From contig NW_003314349.1 of the NCBI RefSeq assembly GCF_000143415.4, positions 750,214-814,213 of the forward strand: a stretch of 64,000 bases of DNA, in the 5' to 3' direction. The notes beneath the pieces are model-generated. The model saw only the letters and a program-made list of their open reading frames with translations, searched no databases and was not told the origin of the DNA. How positions within the stretch are numbered: the stretch's first letter is position 1; each line of letters starts with the position of its first letter. Shown here one piece after another: positions 37,045 through 45,547 of this stretch. The position numbers and the translations under genes were made by a program. The stretch comes from Selaginella moellendorffii (taxonomy: Eukaryota; Plantae; Lycopodiophyta).

Positions 37045-37472
37045 GAAAATCTGCCCAGCGCCGAGCTCCTCAGCATGGTCGAGCCGATGAAAACCCGTCC
37101 AGCGCTCGCCTTTGTGTTCCTCCCTCCCACACAAAAAAAAAAGATTCTCTAGAGCATGTCTTCTATATATACATCCCAAGCCCTTAAGCCGCCACGTCAG
37201 CAGGAGTTCTAGGGTTCTTCCTAGAGATTGGGAGAAAATGCTCGTTCCCGCGATGGATTCTGGGGATTCCGCGATGGGTCGGCATCCAGAGGTTTGTCAC
37301 CGAGCTCCATAATCCTGGAATGTCGCTCTTTTGATCGCAGATGGAAGCTCGCCAACGCGATCGAGGACGAAGGCTTCCTTCCAGCGCCAACAAACGCGCG
37401 CTGCAAGAGCTGCCGGAGAATCTCACCGATTGAGGGATTCTTAGTGAGTATTTCTAGATCTTCCCCGCTACA

Positions 37473-40400
37473 TTGTTGGATTTGATTGATTGTCTCCTCG
37501 ATATTGCAGTGAGCGCTTCCAAAAATGCCAGGAGAAATCTTCCCAGCCTTCTCGCTGCGCTCAAGTCGTGCGCGAGCTCCGGGGATGTCAAGCGCGTCAA
37601 GAGCATCCACGCAGACGCCATGGAAAGAGGTGAAGTGTCCAGCGTTTATGCAGCCAGCGCTTTGGTTAACGCATACGCCAAGTGTGGGAGCATGGCCGAC
37701 GCTCACAGTGTCTTTGACAGGATGCCTTGCCACAACGCCATTGCTCTCACGTCATTGATGCTGGGCCACGCCGAGGATGGAAATGGAGAGCTCGCGCTGG
37801 AGCTTTTCTCTCGCATGGAAGACGCTGGGTGTCCACCGGATGCTCGGACTCTCGTAGCCGCTACCAAAGCTTGCGGCCGCCTGGCTCTCAGGGAGGAGTT
37901 CACACATGTTGAGGGCAGGTTTGTGAGGGTGGCTTCGCTGGAAAGAGGGATTTCTCTGCACGATCAAGCTGCGAGGCTTGGTTTCGACTCGGACAGGTTC
38001 CTGGCAAGCAGCATGATCGAGATGTATGCGAAGTGTGGAAGCATGGAGGATGCTAAGCAGGTGTTTGACAAGCTGGATTCCCACGACGACGTGATACTCT
38101 GGAACGCGCTGATGCTTGGATACGCAGAGAATGGGGAAGGGGAGCTGGCTATGGATCTGTTCGAGCTCATGCGGACTAAAGGCTGCTCGCCGAATGCTCG
38201 GACTGTCGTTGCCGGTTGCAAAGCCTGCGCGGACATGGGATTGAAAGAAGAAGGAAAAGTGGTGCTGGATGGCAAGCTTGTGAGCTTGGAGTCCCTGGAG
38301 AAGAGTCTGGCTCTACATTCAGAGGCTGCAAAACGCGGATACGACTCGGACATTTTTGTGTCGAGCACTGTCATCGACATGTACGCGAAGTGTGGAAGCA
38401 TGCGAGACTCGCGTCTCGTCTTCGACAGGATGGTTGGTCACAACGTCGTGGCTTGGAACTCTTTGATCCTCGGCTATGCGGAAAACGGGGAACCCGAGCT
38501 TTCTTTGGAACTGTTTCGACACATGAGACCTCGAGGCTGTCTTCCCGACGCGTGCAGCTTCGTGGCTGCCACAAAGGCGTGCTCTTATTTGGCAGTAGCA
38601 GAAGAAGGCAAGCAGGTTGACGGAATGGTGGTGAAACTGGAGTCTTTAGAGAAGGGGATGGGAATTCACTTGAAAGCTGCGCAATCTGGCTACGATTTGG
38701 AGATAGTCGTCACCAACACTTTGCTGGATATGTACGCAAAGTGTGGGAGCCTGGTTGATTCTCGAAGAATTTTCGACAGGATGTGTTTTCACAGCGTTGT
38801 GTCCTGGAACGCGCTGTTGCTGGGATATGTCGAGAACAGGAAAGCAGAGCTCGCCTTGGAGATGTTTGAATGGATCAGTGAGGACGGCTGCCAACCAAAT
38901 GCCTCAACTTTGGTCGCTGCTCTGAAAGCTTGTACCACCTTTGCAGCCGACGAAGAAAAGAAGGAAATCCACGGACTGGTCGTCAAGTTACAGGCTTTAG
39001 AGAAGGGACTGGCCATTCACTCGCAGGCAGCAGAGATCGGTTGTGTCTCGGAGGCTTTCGTGGCGACCACACTCGTCGACATGTATGCCAAATGTGGGAG
39101 TTTGCTCGATTCCCGCAAAGTTTTCGACACGATCCGGGAGCACAGTGTGGTCTCGTGGAACGCGTTGATGCTTGGATACGCAGAAAACAGCGAGGGTGAT
39201 ACGGCTTTGGAGTTACTAGCGGAAATACTAGCAGCAAAGGTCTGTGCTCCAAACTCTTCGACATTTGTTGGAGCTCTCAAAGCGTGTGTTGATCTTGCAG
39301 CTAAAGAGGAGGGGACTGACGTGGAGGGGAAGCTTGTCAAGCTGGAATCTCTTGAGAAGGCTATGGAAGTCCATTTGCAAGCTGCGGGACACGGTTTTGA
39401 GAATGGAATTCTCTTCGCCAATGCTCTACTAGATACGTTCTCAAGGTGTGGAAGTTTGATGGACGCCCGGATAGTCTTTGACAAGATGCCACAGCGCAGT
39501 GTGGTATCATGGACTGCCTTGGTCATGGCATATGTCGACTGCGGAGAACCGAAGCTCGCTCTGGAAGTTTTCTCGTGCATGGAACCGGAGGGACTTCTAC
39601 CAAATGCGTACAGTTTTGCCGCTGCCATCAGGGCCTGCAGTGTATTGGGAGCAACAGAGGAAGCCAAGGAAGTGGAAGGCAGGATGGTGAAGGCTGAGTC
39701 GCTGGGAACAGGCGCAGCTTTGCACTCTCAAGCATTCAAGAGTGGCTACGACATGGACGTCAGTGTGGCGAACGCACTGGTGGACATGTACGTGAAGTGT
39801 GGGAGTTTGGCCGACGCTCGGAAAGTTTTTGATGGGATGACGCCTCAGGATCCCGTCTCTTGGAACGCTTTGATCCTGGGATATGTCACAAACGGGGAAG
39901 CAGAAGTGGCCTTGAGTATCTTCGAGACGAACAGCAGCTGCGTTCCAACCTCTCGAACGTTTTGTGCGGCACTCAAAGCTTGCAGCAGTCTAGCAGGGAA
40001 GACAGATGGGGATGGAAGGCTCGTGAAAGTAGAGGAGGCACTCGAGAAAGCCGTGGGGATTCACGCTCGGGCGGCCAGCTTTGAATTCGACTCGGACACT
40101 TTTCTAGCCAGCGCGCTCGTCAGCTTCTACGCCAAGTGTGGAAGTATCCGGGACGCCTGGAAAGTGTTCCAAAAGGTGCGCCTTCACGACGCGGTGTCCT
40201 GGACTGTGATGATACTCGGGCTCGCCGAAAGTGGTCAGGGGGAGCTTTCTCTGCAACTCTTCCATCGAATGCGAGCACAGGGATACAAAACCGACGCGCC
40301 AACTTTTGTGGCTGCTCTCAAAGCTAGCAGCAGCGTGGGAGCCTTGGAGCCTCTGAAGGGAATTCACGCAGATATCTCCAGGTGTGGACTCGAGGACGAT

Positions 40401-41018
40401 CCCGTTGTAGCGAACGGCGTTGTTGATGGCTATGGCAAAGCCGGGGACGCAGCGAAGGCACAGCAGGTCTTCGAGGCACTGGAGAAACCAGACGCGGTTG
40501 CCTGGACGTCCGTGATAGCAGCACACAGCCGCGACGGGGACACGCGAATGGTTTTCAAGCTCTTCGACGAGATGCAAGACGAAGGCTTGCAACCAGATGG
40601 GATCGCACTTCTTTGCGTGCTCACGGCGTGCAGCCATGCCGGGCTTGTCCACCACGCGAAGCGCTACTTCAAGGAGATGGAAGCGAAGTATGGAGTTCGT
40701 CCCGGGGCCGAGCATTACCACTGCATGGTGGACGCTCTCGGCCGTGCAAACGAGCTGGAGGAAGCGGTGGAGATGGTGGAAGCCATGCCTTGCGAGGCGA
40801 GTGGTGTTGCTTGGAGAACGGTGCTGGGCGCTTGCAAGAAGTGGAAGCATGCGGCGGTCGGGAGGCTTGCTTTCGATCGGCTGGTTGAAGTGGAGGCGAG
40901 GGACGAGGCGGGGTATTTGTTGATGGAGGCGATCTACGCGAGCAGTGGCATGAGGGAGGAGCAAGCTCAAGTCCAGGAGTTGAGAAGGAAGAACATACCA
41001 AAGAATATCCAGGTATAG
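37473..41018 (+). CDS. Large PLS-class PPR-E protein (~1180 aa) with extended L motifs; possible short upstream exons from ~37238
   Basis: Repeated MYAKCGS...VF / VSWNALMLGY triplets; ACSHAGLV, HYHCMVDALGRA, WRTVLGAC, YLLMEAIY; no DYW. Confidence 0.92.
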   Translation: MLDLIDCLLDIAVSASKNARRNLPSLLAALKSCASSGDVKRVKSIHADAMERGEVSSVYAASALVNAYAKCGSMADAHSVFDRMPCHNAIALTSLMLGHAEDGNGELALELFSRMEDAGCPPDARTLVAATKACGRLALREEFTHVEGRFVRVASLERGISLHDQAARLGFDSDRFLASSMIEMYAKCGSMEDAKQVFDKLDSHDDVILWNALMLGYAENGEGELAMDLFELMRTKGCSPNARTVVAGCKACADMGLKEEGKVVLDGKLVSLESLEKSLALHSEAAKRGYDSDIFVSSTVIDMYAKCGSMRDSRLVFDRMVGHNVVAWNSLILGYAENGEPELSLELFRHMRPRGCLPDACSFVAATKACSYLAVAEEGKQVDGMVVKLESLEKGMGIHLKAAQSGYDLEIVVTNTLLDMYAKCGSLVDSRRIFDRMCFHSVVSWNALLLGYVENRKAELALEMFEWISEDGCQPNASTLVAALKACTTFAADEEKKEIHGLVVKLQALEKGLAIHSQAAEIGCVSEAFVATTLVDMYAKCGSLLDSRKVFDTIREHSVVSWNALMLGYAENSEGDTALELLAEILAAKVCAPNSSTFVGALKACVDLAAKEEGTDVEGKLVKLESLEKAMEVHLQAAGHGFENGILFANALLDTFSRCGSLMDARIVFDKMPQRSVVSWTALVMAYVDCGEPKLALEVFSCMEPEGLLPNAYSFAAAIRACSVLGATEEAKEVEGRMVKAESLGTGAALHSQAFKSGYDMDVSVANALVDMYVKCGSLADARKVFDGMTPQDPVSWNALILGYVTNGEAEVALSIFETNSSCVPTSRTFCAALKACSSLAGKTDGDGRLVKVEEALEKAVGIHARAASFEFDSDTFLASALVSFYAKCGSIRDAWKVFQKVRLHDAVSWTVMILGLAESGQGELSLQLFHRMRAQGYKTDAPTFVAALKASSSVGALEPLKGIHADISRCGLEDDPVVANGVVDGYGKAGDAAKAQQVFEALEKPDAVAWTSVIAAHSRDGDTRMVFKLFDEMQDEGLQPDGIALLCVLTACSHAGLVHHAKRYFKEMEAKYGVRPGAEHYHCMVDALGRANELEEAVEMVEAMPCEASGVAWRTVLGACKKWKHAAVGRLAFDRLVEVEARDEAGYLLMEAIYASSGMREEQAQVQELRRKNIPKNIQV

Positions 41019-41039
41019 ATAGAGCAAAAAATTTAAGGT

Positions 41040-41107
41040 TGGGGATGCCAGGAGTCGAACCCGGGAATTCTTTTCAGGCTTGAAAATTTGGAAACCACTA
41101 CACCCCC
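41040..41107 (-). ncRNA. 68-nt non-canonical tRNA-like unit with Pol III-type flanks (copy 1)
   Basis: GGGGGTG/CATCCCC-A acceptor stem; CCGGG-TTCGACT-CCTGG T-arm (B box); TTTTCA-AGCC-TGAAAA stem; TATATAAG ~31 nt upstream of a CAA; T6 run at 41026-41031. Confidence 0.6.
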
Positions 41108-41439
41108 TTTAAGAGCTTGTGAAAGACAAGCGCTTTAGATTTCTTATATATGGCAAATATTAAAGAGAAAAATAAGAGGCCGCGAGAAATTTTAAAAAGA
41201 TGCCAGAATTATGCTATTTTGACACGTGGTCGTCTTCTATTTGCTGTTGGGAGAGGCTGTGAAGGTTTAAGCTCGGGAAGAAGAGCCCCTTGCTTGCTAG
41301 GTTATCGCATTCTCTGTATGCGCTCTTCGCCTCCAACAGCTAGGGCGTCGAAATCCATCACATTTGTGCGCGTCCGGGCCTCGCGCTCTTATAATCCGGC
41401 TTCCGGCCGCCAGCAGGTACTGTGATCGCGCTCGATCGA

Positions 41440-42120
41440 TCCTTTCTCCGATGTCAAGCATTTCTAATCTTTCTACGGTTCTATGTTATAATCCCTTTGC
41501 CGGCAGCGCTGTAGTGGATCTGTTCCACAGAACGATGAGCCACGACTAGCCGCGCAACCTCTCGAGGAGTTTCCTGTACAATGCAAATTTCTTTCCTAGG
41601 ACTTATCTCGAAATCTGGCAATATTCTTTCACGCAGGGAAATGAGAGCCCAGCGCTCGAGCAACCGGTATGCTTTGACTCGATCTTCTTTTTAAAAGTCG
41701 TTAAAAGTTTCTTGTGCTAAATTCCAGGCCCCGCGAGCTCACGGCAAATTGGTACAAGCGTTGTTCTTGCCAAAAATGAGTCCGAGCGATATGTGTTTTG
41801 TAGCAAGGATTGGCGAGTATATGTTGCTGGGCCTTATCATCTCTGGTAGCCCTCTGTGCTTCTGCGTGCTCTCGACAGTCCAAGGAAAAGGTTCGTTCAC
41901 AGCTTTAGCTTACTTTGCTGATAGAAAGTTTTCTAATGCAGAATCTCCAAGACGACCAAGCTCACCAAGCTGACATTGATGACGACGACGCACTTGAATT
42001 GGTATGCTATTTTCCTAGTCCGGATCTTTAAGCTTTGAAATCGTGCTCAGGACATGCAGCCTCTCCGAGGGCTACCCTACATCGTGTCATGGTCGTTTAT
42101 CCAGAAACTGGTCAACAGCA
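41440..42120 (+). pseudogene. Truncated copy of the micro-exon PARP-like gene (first exon deleted, 3' end replaced by AT-rich repeat)
   Basis: Near-identical to 45460-46250 but lacks ~86 bp containing the MEPGSGG exon. Confidence 0.65.
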
Positions 42121-42436
42121 TGTTTAAGTTGAAAGTGTATAATTTATAAATACAAGATTAATCTTACCACATATCAACCATTACATGGTATAAAGTAAAA
42201 GTTTATAAACTACAAATATAAAATTAATCTAAATGAATAACAACTACTAGATTGTAAAATATTCTAGAATATCCAAGCATATTAAAATATATTTACTCTC
42301 TTAAAAATTTGCTTAAGCAAACAAAAAATTCAAAAGCAATTAGTTTAACTTTTTACCCTAAACCCTAAACTTCCATTTTCTTGGTTGTCATACTCTAAAC
42401 TTCAAACCCAAGACTAAGTGTAAACCCAAGGTTAAG

Positions 42437-43173
42437 TGTAAGCTTTTGAATTTGAACTTCCAAAGAGGCCACCAACTCAATACTATTCAAACTTAAAAAT
42501 ATTTAACCCCAAATATCTTAAGACCCTTAATCGATTGAAAAAAAAGGTGCACTTTTATTTATAAACTTTTTCCTTCTATATTTAAACTCCTATGAATTGT
42601 CTTTTAAATTATTCTTTTTGGTTGCTTATAATTTACCACCCTTCCTTACAAATTCATGCCCTCGTGAATTGAAGTTAAAAACTATAGCTTTCTCGAGAGC
42701 CCTACTCTCTTAACACTCTACCCCTCGAGTCGAGCCCAGCTAAACCTATTAAATATGAATTAACATGTGGTGTGATTCCTTTATTGAACCAATAAAGTCA
42801 AATTCAAGACTGCTCTAATATAAAATGTTAACTTTTGAATTTGGACTTCTCAAGAAGCCACCTAACTCAATACTATTCAAATCCAAAGACATTAAACCTC
42901 AATTTAGTACTATTCAAACCCAAGAACATTTAACCCCAACCCAATACTATTTAAACCCCCCAAGAACATTTAACCCCAACCCAATACTATTTAAACCCAA
43001 CAACATTTAACCCTAACCTAGTACTATTCAAACCTAAAGACGTTTAACCTTAAGTATCCCAAAACCCTTAATTGATTAAAAAAAGGGGTGTACTTTTATT
43101 CATGGATCTTTTCGGCCTTTAAGAAAAAACCTTTATAAACTTTTTGTTGAGTTGTTCTTTTTGGTTACTTACA
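42437..43173 (-). mobile_element. Decayed Cassandra-type TRIM with tandem amplification of part of the 5S domain
   Basis: TGTAAGC...TTACA termini; decayed TSD TTAAG/TTAAA; alignable to 3142-3734; ~38-bp unit repeated at ~42868-43050. Confidence 0.85.
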
Positions 43174-43569
43174 TTAAATTTCATTTTTTTGGGCTTTTGT
43201 CATTGTCATACCCTAAACTTCAAACCCAAGATTAAACTTTATATTCTTGAGCTTTTGTCATTGTCATAATTTATATATATGAATATTGATATCTTCAAAA
43301 AAATTAACTTGTGAAGGCATCAACACCTTTTTTTCACTTTCAGAGCTTCTAATGGATGATTTGGACTTGTTTGCTATTAGATGAAGTTGGTTGGCCTTCT
43401 TCTAAATAATAATACTACTTGTGTACTTACACCTCTTATTTATTTTTTGTGTGTTGTGTGTCCTTACTTACACCTATAGCATAACTACAAAGGCTAATTT
43501 ATTTTTATTAAAATGTATCCTTGAATAACATAAAATGAAACACTTTGAAGTATATGACCTTTTTATTAA

Positions 43570-44582
43570 CCTAATTAATCAAATAGAAGTTTATAAATAT
43601 AAACATAAGATTAAATGATTAGATGGTAAAATAAACTAGAATATACTAGGAAGTGTTTAGGAAAGTTTATACAATATAAAAAAGTTTAAAAATAATTAAT
43701 AAAAATTAATATAAAAATAATAAAATGTTTATAAATTATAAATAATGAATAACAACCATTGGATGGTAGAATATCCTTAAATATCTAAGAATATTCTAAG
43801 TATTTCCACCCCTACAGGTTAACCATTAATCACTAAAATTAATTATTATTATAACTATTGAAGATTAGCTTTATATAAGAATTTTCCTAAGCTGGAATTA
43901 TAATGACAAAACACATGGGAATCTTCACATAGTGCTTAAACATCCTTTTATGTTTAATATTAAATATGGTAACAACATTTTAAAAACACCAACGATTCCT
44001 CTTCGTGCTGGGCTCTTCATCAAAACTGCCATCTTGCTCGTTACTAGGTTTGTACACAAGATCAAAACACACAGCCCTACAAATAAAGCATAAAAAAAAC
44101 TAATAATAAGAGCTTTAAAAAAACTTGGACTCTTACCCATATAAACATTGATGAACCTTTGGCACAAGCACCACCATCCTTTCAGATTTTTTGACTTTGG
44201 AAATCAAGTTACCCAATGCTTGATCGGTCATAAAGCCCAGAAAAGGCACACAATTAACCTCCCACAACTAGAAAATAAATACCTTCATTCATCCATTGCT
44301 TTATTGTCCATATTTTTTTCTCAAAGTTTTCTTCTCAATTGGCTTGCTGTCCTTTATAAACATTTTTGTTACTGTACATTATATTGAGCTTTATAAAGAT
44401 TTTTTATACCTGTGTTTGCTCTCAATAAGTAAAAAGAAGTCCTACAGCTTGTTCTCAGCATCCACCAGCTGGAGATGGATGATGCTATTAGGTCTGTGGT
44501 TGCCAAACACCAACCCAATAAAACTGCTGACTGTTGTCTCTTAGGAAGGCCTGAAATACATCTGCTGTATGTATCTGATGAG
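43570..44582 (-). pseudogene. Duplicated 3' fragment of the Crinkler-like gene (diverged copy of ~50960-51978)
   Basis: Shares IHTADVFQAFLRDNSQQFYWVGV and the downstream non-coding sequence. Confidence 0.8.
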
Positions 44583-44583
44583 T

Positions 44584-45075
44584 AGCACACAGCCGCGACG
44601 GGGACACGCGAATGGTTTTCAAGCTCTTCGACGAGATGCAAGATGAAGGCCTGCAACCAGACGGGATCGCACTTCTTTGCGTGCTCACGGCGTGCAGCCA
44701 TGCGGGGCTTGTCCACCAAGCAAAGCGCTACTTCAAGGAGATGGAAGCGAGTATGGAGTTCGTCCCGGGGCCGAGCACTACCACTGCATGGTGGACGCTC
44801 TCGGCCGCGCAAACGAGCTGGAGGAAGCGGTGGAGATGGTGGAAGCCAGGCCTTGCGAGGCGAGTGGTGTTGCTTGGAGAACGGTGCTGGGCGCTTGCAA
44901 GAAGTGGAAGAATGCGGCGGTCGGGAGGCTTGCTTTCGATCGGCTGGTTGAAGTGGAGGCGAGGGACGAGGCGGGGTATTTGTTGATGGAGGCGATCTAC
45001 GCGAGCAGTGGCATGAGGGAGGAGCAAGCTCAAGTCCAGGAGTTGAGAAGGAAGAACATACCAAAGAATATCCAG
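44584..45075 (+). pseudogene. Duplicated 3' fragment of the 37.5-41 kb PPR gene, with a 1-bp frameshift
   Basis: Near-identical to 40520-41018; GAAGCGAAGTAT has become GAAGCGAGTAT. Confidence 0.9.
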
Positions 45076-45092
45076 AGCAAAAACTTTAAGGT

Positions 45093-45160
45093 TGGGGATG
45101 CCAGGAGTCGAACCCGGGAATTCTTTTCAGGCTTGAAAATTTGGAAACCACTACACCCCC
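45093..45160 (-). ncRNA. 68-nt tRNA-like unit (copy 2)
   Basis: Identical to 41040-41107; TATA and T-run retained despite flank substitutions. Confidence 0.6.
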
Positions 45161-45547
45161 TTTAAGAGCTTGTGAAAGACAAACGCTTTCGGTTTTTTAT
45201 ATATGGCAAATATTAAAGAGAAAAATAAGAGACCGCGAGAAATTTTAAAAAGATGCCAGAATTATGCTATTTTGACACGTGGTCGTCTTCTATTTGCTGT
45301 TGGGAGAGGCTTTAAGCTCGTAGAGGGAAGAAGAGCCCCTTGCTTGCTAGGTTATCGCATTCTCTGTATGCGCTCTTCGCCTCCAACAGCTAGGGCGTCG
45401 AAATCCATCACCTTTGGCTCGCGCTCTTATAATCCGGCTTCCGGCCGCCAGCAGGTACTGTGATCGCGCTCGATCGATCCTTTCTCCGATGTCAAGCATT
45501 TCTAATCTTTCTGCTGCTGGTGCCAATGCAAAGATTTCGAGCGTGCG

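Noticed and set aside
41013-41022. 10-nt GTATAGATAG absent from the duplicate, suggesting intron loss via cDNA
   Set aside because: Too short to splice, other introns are retained in the duplicate, and AG microhomology deletion explains it.
40104-41027. 307-aa minus-strand ORF and similar ORFs opposite PPR, GLP and IQD genes
   Set aside because: Antisense shadows of real CDSs with no motifs.
41040-41107. Canonical tRNA-Ala/Gly/Sec gene or a tmRNA
   Set aside because: No 7-nt anticodon loop, no proper D-arm/A box, no G3-U70 pair and no tag reading frame; kept only as tRNA-like.
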